From Candidatus Woesearchaeota archaeon (GTDB lineage: Archaea > Nanobdellota > Nanobdellia > SCGC-AAA011-G17 > PNOQ01): a stretch of DNA of 64,000 nucleotides. Shown one piece after another: positions 29,115-38,837 of the stretch. The number at the start of each line of letters is the position of its first letter. Positions within the stretch are counted from its first letter, which is position 1. The notes beneath the pieces were generated by a model, which was given only the letters and a program-made list of their open reading frames with translations, ran no database searches and was not told the DNA's origin. A program made the translations under genes and the position numbers. Location: positions 63,750 to 127,749 of the forward strand of contig CAYPAI010000001.1 of assembly GCA_964408705.1 (NCBI GenBank), given 5' to 3'.

Positions 29115-31251
29115 ATATATATCTACATTTGGGAAATCTATCACAAGCATAAAATGAACCATACACACTCTTCCTAATAATCAATTTACCTTCTTCACAT
29201 TTTTGGCACTTTTTTGATTTTGGTTTTTGTTTTGGTTTTTTTGTTGAACAGTCTTTATTTAAACATAACTTCTGAGGTTGCCTTGCTTTTCTAATTATTA
29301 AACCAAGTGGAAACTTACATTTTTCACAAATCTCCTTTGCAGGTTTTAAGAATACACCTTTGGGAAGCCCGATTGTAGTTTTACAACCTTTTTCATATTG
29401 ATCACATGCAATAAATGGGCCAAACTTACCCCTCCTTAAACCTAAACTTCCTTTCTTACAGTTTGGACAAGTTCCAAAAATATCTTCACCTTCAGTTGCT
29501 TTTAATAATTTTTTTCCTATTTTTGATTCATTTTCTTTAAATTTTTTTAGAATAGTTATTAAAACTTTTTTAGCAGCTGTAATTACTGTTTTTTGTTTTT
29601 TCTTGCCTTCCCTTATTTTATCCATATCTTCTTCAAAACTTTTTGTTAATTTTTCATCAATTATTTCAGGAGAGTATTTATCAAGAGTTTGGATAAGTTT
29701 CATACCTAGTGCCGTTGCTTCTAATCTCACACCATCTATGTATTTTCTTTGATATAGTGCATCTAAGATTAAAGCCCTTGTTGCCTTTGTCCCCAAGTTT
29801 AGATCTTCCATCTCTTTTATTATTGACGCTTGATTATATCTTGCAGGTGGTTGTGTTTCTTTTTCGTCTGAATTTATTTTTAAATTTTTGACTTCATCTC
29901 CTTTTTCCAACATGGGTAAGAATATTTCCTTAGTTAAGGCATATTTATAATATTCATACCATCCTTTCTTTAAAATTCTAGATCCTGAAAATGAAAATTT
30001 CTCATTATTTACGTCTAGTGTTACTACAGTGCTTTCTTTTTCTGCAACATCTCCAAAAACTGCTAAAAATCTCCTTACTATTAAAGAGTATAATTTTAAA
30101 TTTCTTCCAGATAACTTAGAAAATTCTCCTGTAGGATATATTGCTGGATGTGCAGGATCGCTCTTTTTTCCTTCTTTTGGTTTGGCATTCTTTTGAGCTA
30201 ATATTTTATCGCAAATCGGAGATATATTCTTTTGTTTTGATAATTTTTTTAATATCTTTTTATACCCTATTGACTTGGGTAATTTTTGTGAACTTGTCCT
30301 TGGGTAGGATATCATTCCACTAGTATACAATTTTTGTGCAATTTGTGAAGTTTCTTTTGGACTTATCTTAAACACTTTGTAGGATTCTGTTTGTAAGGTT
30401 GTTAAATCGAATGGAATAGGTGGTTGAACCTTTGTTTTTCTTTTTTTTAAATCAATTATCTTTGCAGGTTTTTTAATAGTATTTTTTAATACTTTATTGA
30501 CTATATCTTTTTTTAGAATCTTTCCTTTTTTATATTTTGCAAATATTTTTGTTTTTCTTACTGTACCGCTTAAATTAATTTCCCAATATTTAGTTGGTTT
30601 AAACTTTTTTATTGCCTCTTCCTTCTTTACAATTAATTTTAAAGTTGGCCCTTGGACCCTTCCAGTAGACATTATTCTAAAGCGGTTTGTTGCATGTTTT
30701 ATCGCGTTCATTAATGCATTGCTTATATTTATACCATAATACCAATCTAAGTAATGTCTAGTCTCTCCAGCATGTATTTGGGAAAACTCAAGGTGTTTGT
30801 TTGCACCTTCATATGCTTCTATCAACTCATCTTTTGTGAGGGTTGAAAATTTCATACGCCTTGCATCTTTTTTCCCACACACAAACCTTACTATATTATA
30901 TCCTATTACTGAACCTTCTCTATCATAATCAGTAGCTACTGTAAATTTATCTGCCTTCTTTGCTAAATCTTTTAATACATCTAAATATTTTTTAGTAAAC
31001 TCAGAATTTTTATCTATTTCATGTTTGGGCATCCATTCAACTTCAAAAGTGGGATATCCTTTCGCTAATTTTGTTTTTTTTAACCCATATAAATGACCAA
31101 CTGCACACCCTACAATTATCTTTTTACCTTTATATTTTAACTCATAATAATTCACAGAATTAGTCTTTTTTCTTTTAGGTTTACCATTTGCTAAAGCTAG
31201 GGCTATTTTTTCAGCCTGTGCAGGTTTTTCAGTTATAATTAACTCGACCAT
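29092..31251 (-). CDS. topA: DNA topoisomerase, type IA (TopA/Topo III) with C-terminal zinc ribbons
   Basis: 719 aa; Toprim N-terminus (MVELIITEKPAQAEKIA), an active-site Tyr region, and three to four C-terminal CxxC...CxxC ribbons. Confidence 0.85.
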   Translation of the reverse strand: MVELIITEKPAQAEKIALALANGKPKRKKTNSVNYYELKYKGKKIIVGCAVGHLYGLKKTKLAKGYPTFEVEWMPKHEIDKNSEFTKKYLDVLKDLAKKADKFTVATDYDREGSVIGYNIVRFVCGKKDARRMKFSTLTKDELIEAYEGANKHLEFSQIHAGETRHYLDWYYGINISNALMNAIKHATNRFRIMSTGRVQGPTLKLIVKKEEAIKKFKPTKYWEINLSGTVRKTKIFAKYKKGKILKKDIVNKVLKNTIKKPAKIIDLKKRKTKVQPPIPFDLTTLQTESYKVFKISPKETSQIAQKLYTSGMISYPRTSSQKLPKSIGYKKILKKLSKQKNISPICDKILAQKNAKPKEGKKSDPAHPAIYPTGEFSKLSGRNLKLYSLIVRRFLAVFGDVAEKESTVVTLDVNNEKFSFSGSRILKKGWYEYYKYALTKEIFLPMLEKGDEVKNLKINSDEKETQPPARYNQASIIKEMEDLNLGTKATRALILDALYQRKYIDGVRLEATALGMKLIQTLDKYSPEIIDEKLTKSFEEDMDKIREGKKKQKTVITAAKKVLITILKKFKENESKIGKKLLKATEGEDIFGTCPNCKKGSLGLRRGKFGPFIACDQYEKGCKTTIGLPKGVFLKPAKEICEKCKFPLGLIIRKARQPQKLCLNKDCSTKKPKQKPKSKKCQKCEEGKLIIRKSVYGSFYACDRFPKCRYIFNPGKKK

Positions 31252-31304
31252 TGAGAAGGTAGTTTAAATATTACTTTAATAAATGTTTTGGAAAAATAAA
31301 AAAA

Positions 31305-31556
31305 TTAAATGTGCTCCTTTTTTAACTCAAAGTTAGTTGCACATTCTTCCGAACAAAATCTGTAAACTTTATCCCTTATCTCTTCCTCTACAAAGTCTGT
31401 ACCTTGGATTACCTTTTTACACTCAACACAGGAAGATTCATCTATATTTTCTTCATACCCTTTCATAAATCCTTCTTCTACTTCATCTATTTCGTCAGCT
31501 TCTTCAAGCTCATTAGCCTTATCATATACATCAAAATCTTCATTGTCTCTTGTCAT
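31305..31556 (-). CDS. Acidic small protein with TRASH/YHS-like zinc-binding motif
   Basis: 83 aa; Glu/Asp-rich N-terminus, then CVECKK...19 aa...CSEEC. Confidence 0.35.
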   Translation of the reverse strand: MTRDNEDFDVYDKANELEEADEIDEVEEGFMKGYEENIDESSCVECKKVIQGTDFVEEEIRDKVYRFCSEECATNFELKKEHI

Positions 31557-32838
31557 TTTTTAGATATCCTCCAATTTTTCTTTTATAACGCATGTACTTT
31601 CTTAATGGGCGTGGGATAAAAATTGTCCCTTCCTTTTTTTGAAAATTTTCTATAATCCCTACCATTGTCCTAGAAGTTGCAACCATTGTATTATTTAGCA
31701 TGTGTACAAACTTTTTATCTTCACCATCATTATACCTTATATTTAATGGTATTGACTGATAATCTGTAGTATTGCTTGCTGATGTTATTTCTTTATATGA
31801 TTCTTGCCTGGGAAACCATGCCTCTATATCATATTGTTTTGATTGTTTATGCCCAAGTTCTCCTGAACATATTTCTATCACTCTGTAAGGTATTTTTAAT
31901 TTTTTATAAAACTCTTCGCTTATCTTTTGCATTTCTTCGAGATGATTATAGGAATCTTCTTCTGTTGAAATGACTACTTGCTCAACTTTGTAAAATTGAT
32001 GCATTCTAAATAGGCCCTTTGTGTCTACACCATGGGATCCTATCTCCTTTCTAAAACAAGGAGTAATTGTACATAACTTCAAAGGCAATTCATTTTTTTC
32101 AAATATTTTATCTTTGTATAATGATACTAAAGGGTGTTCTCCTGTTCCGATTAAGTAAAGGTCTTCTTTTTCTAAACCATAAATCACTTCTTCAAATTCC
32201 CCAAGATTAACAACTCCATTCAGGGTTTTTTTATTTAACATCAAAGGACATACCACTGGTTTAAAACCTTTTTTCACTAAAAAATCCATACCATACCTTT
32301 GTAAACTTAAATCTAATGATGCGAGATCCCCCATTATATAATTAAAACCTTGTCCGACATTAGATCTTCCTTTTTTAAAATCTACAAGATTTATTTCCTC
32401 TAGGAAATCGCCGTGAGACCTTAACTCAAAGTTATAACTTGGTTTTTTTCCATAAAACTTGAATGGTACATTGTCCGATTCTTTTTCTCCCTTTGGTACT
32501 GAACTATGAATAATATTTGGAATTTGAGATAAGTTTAAATCCATCTCTTCATTTAGCCCTTTCATCTCTTTTTCTATAATCTCTAATTTTCTAGGAATTT
32601 CTTTTGCTTGTCTTATTATCAAATCTACCTTTTTCCCTTCTCTTTTGAACACCCTAATCTGCTCAGTTAAAATATTCCTTTTACTTCTTAGTTTATCTGA
32701 TCTTTGCTTTAAATTTCTCCAACGTACGTCTAAATCTATTAGATTATCGACGATATCTTTTTTTTCAGAAAGACCCCGTTTATCTAAAGATTTTTTAATA
32801 ATAGAAGTTTTTTCCCTTATCACCTTAATGTTTAACAT
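31540..32838 (-). CDS. serS: Seryl-tRNA synthetase
   Basis: 432 aa; N-terminal coiled-coil arm and class II motifs (motif 2 region FRKEIGSHGVDTKGLFRMHQFYKVEQ; motif 3 GLGHKQ...). Confidence 0.85.
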   Translation of the reverse strand: MLNIKVIREKTSIIKKSLDKRGLSEKKDIVDNLIDLDVRWRNLKQRSDKLRSKRNILTEQIRVFKREGKKVDLIIRQAKEIPRKLEIIEKEMKGLNEEMDLNLSQIPNIIHSSVPKGEKESDNVPFKFYGKKPSYNFELRSHGDFLEEINLVDFKKGRSNVGQGFNYIMGDLASLDLSLQRYGMDFLVKKGFKPVVCPLMLNKKTLNGVVNLGEFEEVIYGLEKEDLYLIGTGEHPLVSLYKDKIFEKNELPLKLCTITPCFRKEIGSHGVDTKGLFRMHQFYKVEQVVISTEEDSYNHLEEMQKISEEFYKKLKIPYRVIEICSGELGHKQSKQYDIEAWFPRQESYKEITSASNTTDYQSIPLNIRYNDGEDKKFVHMLNNTMVATSRTMVGIIENFQKKEGTIFIPRPLRKYMRYKRKIGGYLKNDKRQ

Positions 32839-32966
32839 AGCAAATCCCTAAAAGAATTAGTTATATAAAGTTTTTGTTATCTAATAATTCAGCTAAAACA
32901 AACATTGTTCCAGAATCGCTGGTTTGCAAAATATAAACCTTTAAATAGAGATGGGAGTTATCATGT

Positions 32967-33260
32967 ATGAGACATATGGGTACAGAAGTTAAAAAACAAA
33001 CTGATATTTTCGAGGTATTTTTTAGACGAAAACCGGCCATGATTTTAGTGGCTTTAAGGAATAATCCTAAAGCTAGGTATGGTTCTGTTCTTGCTAAAGA
33101 AGTTGATTGTACTTATTCTCATGCTGTAAAAATTCTACAAGAGATGGAAAAAAACAAGCTAGTTACTTTTGAAAAGAAAGGTAGGATTAAAACAATAGAG
33201 CTGACTTCACCTGGTGAAACAGTTGCAGACCATATTGAAAGAATTAGAGAAATATTATAA
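32967..33260 (+). CDS. Winged-helix transcriptional regulator (ArsR/PadR-like)
   Basis: 97 aa; HTH segment (YGSVLAKEVDCTYSHAVKILQEMEKNKLV) followed by a wing. Confidence 0.5.
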   Translation: MRHMGTEVKKQTDIFEVFFRRKPAMILVALRNNPKARYGSVLAKEVDCTYSHAVKILQEMEKNKLVTFEKKGRIKTIELTSPGETVADHIERIREIL

Positions 33261-33262
33261 TT

Positions 33263-33565
33263 ATGTCTTTTAGCAAAAGTTTTCCGAGAACTAACTCCAA
33301 AAGTTCATATCCAGTTTGGGAAGAAATTTTTTTGAATTCTGAAGAAGAATCTTTAGTTGAAGAGGAAGCATACTCAGAGAATATAAAGATTATGAAGAAA
33401 TGTTTGGATGATGCTAAATTAATTATTTCTAATCAAGGACTAAAACCTTATCAAACCGATATTGTAAATCTTGCAATATCTTTATTTGAAAAGAATTCTT
33501 CCCATTTAGTATACTGGAAAGAATCTAAATGCAAGGAAAAATTTGATAAAAAGTATAAACTTTAA
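33263..33565 (+). CDS. Hypothetical protein
   Basis: 100-aa ORF with an acidic N-terminus; 2 bp after the wHTH gene. Confidence 0.3.
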   Translation: MSFSKSFPRTNSKSSYPVWEEIFLNSEEESLVEEEAYSENIKIMKKCLDDAKLIISNQGLKPYQTDIVNLAISLFEKNSSHLVYWKESKCKEKFDKKYKL

Positions 33566-33566
33566 T

Positions 33567-35888
33567 CTAACCACAACAACATCTTATTCCACAATCAAAA
33601 GGTCCATAACAATAATCATCCCCCCAATCATCAAAATCTGTATTACACCCCAGAGGATATTGTACTTCAAATTGGCAAAGATCATAATAATTAGTTGCCT
33701 CATACCAATATGACATATCATGATTACAACTATCTGGCGAGTTTCCTCCGTAATACTTCCATCCTCCGCCTGATTGATCTACGTCTCCCATCATATACCA
33801 CCAGTTTATATAATTACCCCATTGACAGTTGTCTTGGCAATTAAGTCCTTTACTTTGGCAGAACTCCTCACAATTTCCTTCATTTAATTCGTCCTGGTTA
33901 CAATCATGCTCAAAAGTGAACGGAGTTTGTTCCCCATGATGATCATACAATTGTCCTCCTGGATAAGGTGCAGAGCCATCTGGACAATGAGGATAACCGT
34001 CTTCTTGATCACCATTCCAATCACAATCATAAACTTCTGAGTCTTGTGTTCCTTCTGGATAAGTAGAATAACTTACTGGCCATCCTTGATGCTCATGACA
34101 ATTGTTTGGCCAGTTTCCCCAAGTTGAACTCCATCCGCACTCGCTATGGCATACTTCATACCAATTATTCCCAGATAATTCACAACCAGGCCCTCCCCAT
34201 TCGGCATCTCCATTACAAACTCCTGCGCAGTCAAATTCTCCAAACCCTCCACACTCTCCCGTGCAATCTGATTGGGAGTTTCCACCACAAGTCCCTGTAC
34301 AGTCTATTTCTAATCCTCCTCCGCACTGTCCTGAACAGTCTGCCCAAACATCTCCTTCTACTTCACAAACACAACTACCATGCTGGTTAGTATTTACTCC
34401 ATCTCCATTACATACTCCACAATCATCCCTTTCTGAAGATCCTCCACAAACTCCAAAACAATCTTGTTCTGCATTGCCCCCACACTGTCCTGAACAGTCT
34501 GCCCAAACATCTCCTTCTACTTCACAAACACAACTACCATGCTGGTTAGTATTTACTCCATCTCCATTACATACTCCACAATCATCTATTTCGGCTGAAC
34601 CTGCACAAATACCAAAACAATCTTGTTCTGAATTACCCCCACATTGTCCTGCACAATCTACTTCTGTGTCTCCGTCACACACGCCTGCACAATCTTCACA
34701 GCTAGAGTGGCAACTATCAAGATAATATCCACAAAAGCCACATTCATCTAGCACTTTAGTTCCCCCACAAACTCCTGCACAATCTACTTCCTGTGTACAT
34801 TCTCCATCGCAATCATACTGATTGTCTGGATAGTTCTCAGGGTATATGCAACTTGTTGATGTTGTTGCAGTATTTTGATAATTACACCCATCTTCATCAG
34901 TGCATCCTGAATAAGTTGTATGGAAGCAATTACCCCATTCCGTAGGAATTTGTGACCCAGTAGTATCTGAAATAATTCTGGCATTGTTATTGTCAAAACA
35001 AACCTCAGAACCTATCGAACTATACTCAATTTCTAAAATTAATTGTGTTTCTTTATTTATTGTTAGTTCAGACGATCCACACTCTATACAATCGGCAGGT
35101 ATAACTTGACCACTTATTGAAAATGCGAGAACCATAGGATTTCCTGCTTTAGAAGATATTATAAAATCATTCTCCTCAACACTCCCTCCTGACACATCTT
35201 CTAATTCAAGTCCTTCAACATTAAATTGTATTCCTGCGACATTCGTATTGCTAGTCATATAAACCTTTATTTTTTTGTTGATTGTATCTACTTCTAGTAT
35301 TTCAACTTTCGCAGCAGGTTCAGTCCTTAGTGGGTCTTCTTCTGGAAAGTTTGCATCCACATTCGTGCCAGTGTAAAGAACAGGATCTAAAACATCATAC
35401 ACAGACAATGCCTCTGCATCTGCATAGTGGTCACAAATCCAAGTTTCGCCCTGGTGATGACCATACCTTATACAATTTGCCATTTTAATGTACCAAGGGG
35501 TACCTCCTCCTCCACTTTCTTCACAATCACAAGTCTCGCAATTCATACACTCATCTTGGCCATTTACGTTGCAAGAATTACAACAAACACAATTACTTCC
35601 CAGATTTGCACCCACTATCCCTTTAGGTTTTTCAACAAAACAATCTTCACCTTTAAATTCGTGTGGTCCAAATCTTTCCCAACCTTTGCACGAAATTCCT
35701 TTCTTTATTAATTCAAATGAAGAAGGCGCATTACCTTGGATCCTATCTATCTCTAAACTTATACGTTCAACAATTCTTTGGACAGCATTATCTCTGGGGT
35801 CTTGAGATTGCCTAGAAAACTCGGTACATCCTGAAATAAATAAAATACTGATTAATAATAAACTTAAAACTAAATTACCTCTTTTCAT
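33567..35888 (-). CDS. Large secreted/surface Cys-rich repeat protein with cohesin-like domain (putative lipoprotein)
   Basis: 773 aa; signal peptide with lipobox-like ISGC. Dozens of CxGxCGG...DxCGVCNGDG Asp-rich, Ca-binding-like repeats. The central segment resembles a cohesin/Ig-like beta-sandwich (VEILEVDTINKKIKVYMTSNTNVAGIQFNVEGLELEDV). More than 100 Cys in total. Confidence 0.6.
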   Translation of the reverse strand: MKRGNLVLSLLLISILFISGCTEFSRQSQDPRDNAVQRIVERISLEIDRIQGNAPSSFELIKKGISCKGWERFGPHEFKGEDCFVEKPKGIVGANLGSNCVCCNSCNVNGQDECMNCETCDCEESGGGGTPWYIKMANCIRYGHHQGETWICDHYADAEALSVYDVLDPVLYTGTNVDANFPEEDPLRTEPAAKVEILEVDTINKKIKVYMTSNTNVAGIQFNVEGLELEDVSGGSVEENDFIISSKAGNPMVLAFSISGQVIPADCIECGSSELTINKETQLILEIEYSSIGSEVCFDNNNARIISDTTGSQIPTEWGNCFHTTYSGCTDEDGCNYQNTATTSTSCIYPENYPDNQYDCDGECTQEVDCAGVCGGTKVLDECGFCGYYLDSCHSSCEDCAGVCDGDTEVDCAGQCGGNSEQDCFGICAGSAEIDDCGVCNGDGVNTNQHGSCVCEVEGDVWADCSGQCGGNAEQDCFGVCGGSSERDDCGVCNGDGVNTNQHGSCVCEVEGDVWADCSGQCGGGLEIDCTGTCGGNSQSDCTGECGGFGEFDCAGVCNGDAEWGGPGCELSGNNWYEVCHSECGWSSTWGNWPNNCHEHQGWPVSYSTYPEGTQDSEVYDCDWNGDQEDGYPHCPDGSAPYPGGQLYDHHGEQTPFTFEHDCNQDELNEGNCEEFCQSKGLNCQDNCQWGNYINWWYMMGDVDQSGGGWKYYGGNSPDSCNHDMSYWYEATNYYDLCQFEVQYPLGCNTDFDDWGDDYCYGPFDCGIRCCCG
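34300..34700. repeat. Near-identical tandem direct repeat (~157-bp unit, ~2.5 copies) inside the Cys-rich protein gene
   Basis: Two ~110-bp blocks (about 34326-34437 and 34483-34590) are almost identical (ctgtcctgaacagtctgcccaaacatctccttctacttcacaaacacaactaccatgctggttagtatttactccatctccattacatactccacaatcatc). A partial third copy follows. Confidence 0.7.
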
Positions 35889-35921
35889 ACTTTTTTAAAT
35901 ATATTTCCATATATAAAATTA

Positions 35922-35996
35922 TGGGCCCGATGGGATTTGAACCCACGACCCCTTGGTTAAGAGCCAAGTGCTCTAACCAAACTGAGCTACGGACCC
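35922..35996 (-). tRNA. tRNA-Lys (anticodon CTT)
   Basis: Hand-folded 75-nt cloverleaf. Acceptor GGGUCCG/CGGGCCC, D-arm GCTC-AGTTTGGTTA-GAGC, anticodon stem CTTGG/CCAAG with loop CTCTTAA, T-arm GTGGG-TTCAAAT-CCCAT, discriminator A. Confidence 0.8.
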
Positions 35997-36090
35997 ATAA
36001 AAAAAGTTAAATTATTTCATTTAAAAAAGTACCTACTTTTTAGTTTGAAATTACAAAAAATATAAAAACCACATATATTCTTCTAATTAT

Positions 36091-36462
36091 ATGATAAACA
36101 CTCTGAATTTAATGAGGATCTTAAGAAGGCCCAAAAACTATTTTTTAGGATACACTAGAAAAACTAATGGAAAAACAGATAAAACATTATCTGAAATTAT
36201 TCAAAAATTAAAAGATATTAAACCCCAGGGTTATTTTTTTGGAGAAAAAAATGATGGACTTGTGTCTTATCTTGGAACTTCTGAAAATCCCGAAGAATTT
36301 TCTAAGATTAGGGAAGGTTATTTTCGTAGAGGGCGTTTGAATTTCGAAGTATATAAGAATAGCCAAGGAAAAAGACTATATTATGTAGATGGCAGTTATT
36401 CTAAAGGGAAAGATACTTTAGATATAAAAATAAAAGTTTTTAATAAAAATATAATCTTTTGA
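36091..36462 (+). CDS. Hypothetical protein
   Basis: 123-aa ORF, basic; no recognisable motif. Confidence 0.3.
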   Translation: MINTLNLMRILRRPKNYFLGYTRKTNGKTDKTLSEIIQKLKDIKPQGYFFGEKNDGLVSYLGTSENPEEFSKIREGYFRRGRLNFEVYKNSQGKRLYYVDGSYSKGKDTLDIKIKVFNKNIIF

Positions 36463-36468
36463 TATGTA

Positions 36469-37221
36469 CTAATTTATTTGAAAAATTATCCATTTATAGA
36501 AAATAGATACTAAGATTAAAAAATAAACTAGATTATAACCCCAAAGCAGGTTATGTTTGAATGGTAAAAAGGCATATGCAAATACCATAATCAATGCCAT
36601 ACCTAAACTTAATAAAAAATATACCAAGTAATTTCCATAAACATAATCTAAGGCGTGTTCTTTCATATCTATGCAGTTTTCTGTCAAACATACTTTAGTT
36701 TGTTCTTGTCCTTCCAGGTCAGTTATAGTGTATGTACTCATGCCTTGAACATAAACCCCTACTAGAAACGTTCCAAATAGGATAAATGCCCCTATAAAAA
36801 AGAAAGATGTGTGTTTGATCACTGAACTTATATCCATCTTTTGGATTAGTTTTTCTTGTGGATTTTCTTCTTTGCCTTGGTTTATAACTGGAAATTTTGC
36901 TTTTTTAAATACACTATCTACTTTTTCTTTCTTCCATCCCTTAACTGACAATGCAAGCCTTATCTGGCTTTCACTTATTCCTTTTTTAAGAGAACTGTTT
37001 ACAAAATTTAGTAATGGTTCTTTTTCTTCTATTATCTTCTTATTTTTAGGGTTTAGCCTAAATTTATTTTTCTCTAAGAATCTATATGCAGAATTTACGT
37101 CTTCTCTTGACCAGCCATTTTCTAGTAAAATCTTTATTAATTCTTCTTTTTTATATCCTCTTTTTTGATTTTCCTTAATATAACTGACTAGTTGAAGATT
37201 AACCATTAATTTATTTTTCAA
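36469..37221 (-). CDS. Membrane protein with two N-terminal ~35-aa repeats
   Basis: 250 aa; repeats GYKKEELIKILLENGWSREDVNSAY and GISESQIRLALSVKGWKKEKVDSVF, then 3-4 TM helices. Confidence 0.4.
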   Translation of the reverse strand: MKNKLMVNLQLVSYIKENQKRGYKKEELIKILLENGWSREDVNSAYRFLEKNKFRLNPKNKKIIEEKEPLLNFVNSSLKKGISESQIRLALSVKGWKKEKVDSVFKKAKFPVINQGKEENPQEKLIQKMDISSVIKHTSFFFIGAFILFGTFLVGVYVQGMSTYTITDLEGQEQTKVCLTENCIDMKEHALDYVYGNYLVYFLLSLGMALIMVFAYAFLPFKHNLLWGYNLVYFLILVSIFYKWIIFQIN

Positions 37222-37283
37222 TTCTAAATTTAAATAGTTTACTGAATCGAAATTTATTTAAATAAAAAAAAGAAATCTAACCT

Positions 37284-37997
37284 ATGAAGATAGAACTTAC
37301 AAAAAAACCACAAGGAGTTACAATTGTAGAAGGGTTCCCCGGATTTGGACTGGTTGGAACAATCTCTACTGAATTTTTATTAGATCATCTTGATGCAGAA
37401 AAGATAGGATATATTTGGTTTAGTGAAATAAATCCAATGGTTGCAGTACATGATAAAAAGATAATTGATCCCCTTGGGATTTTTTATAATCGGAAAAATA
37501 ATATTGTAATCCTGCATGCATTAACTAATGTTAATGGTCTTGAGTGGAAACTTGCAGATGCAATCACTTTGCTAGCCAAAAAACTTAAGGCAAAAGAAGT
37601 AATAAGTTTGGAAGGAGTAGGTGCAATAGGTAATGTTGAAAAAAAGGGGAGTCCCGGGGCCTACTATTATTCTTCGAAAAATAATAAAAAATGGGGTGCA
37701 GTTGGTATTACCTCACTAGATGAAGGGATTGTAATAGGTGTTACTGCAAGTCTTCTCTTGAAAATGAAATCTACTCCATTATCTTGCATATTTGTTGAAA
37801 CTAATTCAAAACTACCTGACAGTAGGGCTGCAGCAAAGATTATAGAGACATTAGATAAATATCTTAGATTGGGTGTTGATGCTAGTCCTCTATTAAAAAA
37901 GGCACAATTATTTGAAGGAAAAATAAAAAATATTATGCAAAGTTCTCATAATTTTAAAAAAACAAAAGAAAAAAAACAACTTAGTTATATGGGTTAA
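37284..37997 (+). CDS. PAC2-family proteasome assembly chaperone (PbaA/PbaB-like)
   Basis: 237 aa; N-terminal VEGFPGFGLVGTISTEFL matches the PAC2 G-x-PG-x-G-x-VG signature. Confidence 0.55.
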   Translation: MKIELTKKPQGVTIVEGFPGFGLVGTISTEFLLDHLDAEKIGYIWFSEINPMVAVHDKKIIDPLGIFYNRKNNIVILHALTNVNGLEWKLADAITLLAKKLKAKEVISLEGVGAIGNVEKKGSPGAYYYSSKNNKKWGAVGITSLDEGIVIGVTASLLLKMKSTPLSCIFVETNSKLPDSRAAAKIIETLDKYLRLGVDASPLLKKAQLFEGKIKNIMQSSHNFKKTKEKKQLSYMG

Positions 37998-38141
37998 TTG
38001 CATATAAATATTTAAACAATTATTTGAATTGGGCCTATTAAAGGTGATATCATTTCTAAGGAAAAACACTATGGCATCGGGATAGATGAATCTAATCATG
38101 GCAGAACGCCCGAAATATATGTTTCTGCACTATCTAAAAAT

Positions 38142-38645
38142 TTGAATGATATTGTACGTAGATCCAATATCTTAACTAAGAAAAGAAGAAGAAAGATAAA
38201 TCTGGATAACTTGATATCAGATATAGATAATATCAGATTTGTTGTACTTTATCAAAAACACATAAACACCTTCGGTATAAACAGTGTTAAAGTTCCAGTA
38301 GTTACCAAATTAATAAACTCTTACAACAATAAGATAGACATAGAAAAAACAAAAATTATAGTTGATGGGTCTCCCCCTCCTTCAGTAAATGAAGATATTC
38401 ATTTTGTCTTATCTAAAACATATGGAAAAAACCTTTCGAGGTCACAAATACAGTTTATAGATGAAGCAGACAAATACTATAACATTGTAAATGTTGCAGA
38501 TAGTATCGCTTATCAGTTAAATAAAGCATATTCTGATGTAATTGAAGGCAAAGGGGGTCCTTTTGAAGAAAAGAGAGTAAACTTTGATCTGGTTTGTGAT
38601 TCCAAGCCCAGTAGAAAACAAAAATATCTTAGAAAAATATTATAA
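38142..38645 (+). CDS. Candidate divergent RNase HII; the ORF probably extends upstream to about 38028 with a non-ATG start
   Basis: The ORF as given starts at TTG. The in-frame upstream sequence encodes HYGIGIDESNHGRTPEIYVSAL, resembling the RNase HII N-terminal catalytic motif (GIDEAGRGPVIGPLV). Further similarity: TKKRRRKI (cf. DSKKLSPKRRE) and DEADKYYNIVNVADSIAYQLNKA (cf. ADAKYPVVSAASIIAK). The extended length of ~206 aa fits RNase HII. Confidence 0.4.
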   Translation: MNDIVRRSNILTKKRRRKINLDNLISDIDNIRFVVLYQKHINTFGINSVKVPVVTKLINSYNNKIDIEKTKIIVDGSPPPSVNEDIHFVLSKTYGKNLSRSQIQFIDEADKYYNIVNVADSIAYQLNKAYSDVIEGKGGPFEEKRVNFDLVCDSKPSRKQKYLRKIL

Positions 38646-38837
38646 AACCTTTAATCAATAATTAAAGATTATAAGTCTTGAATATTTTAGGTTTTGATTA
38701 AAAGTTATATCATTAATATAACTTAAAAGTTTTAAGCAATAATTAAATCTAAGTGACTTTACTGTTTTATCGTCGGAAAATTAAAAAAGTTTATATATGG
38801 GTTAGACTATTTTTATGTCATTATAGACATCAAGGAG

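Noticed and set aside
34102-34725. 207-aa Pro/Ser/Gln-rich ORF (and the 94-aa ORF 34106..34390) on the plus strand
   Set aside because: It lies antisense within the Cys/Gly-rich surface-protein gene. The reverse complements of TGY/GGN codons naturally give long open Pro/Ser-rich frames, and it is embedded in the tandem repeat, so it is an artefact.
38700-38725. 9-bp-arm hairpin AAGTTATAT-CATTA-ATATAACTT downstream of the RNase HII-like gene
   Set aside because: This is a simple AT-rich inverted repeat in an intergenic region. It is probably an incidental or terminator-like hairpin, and no associated feature was found.
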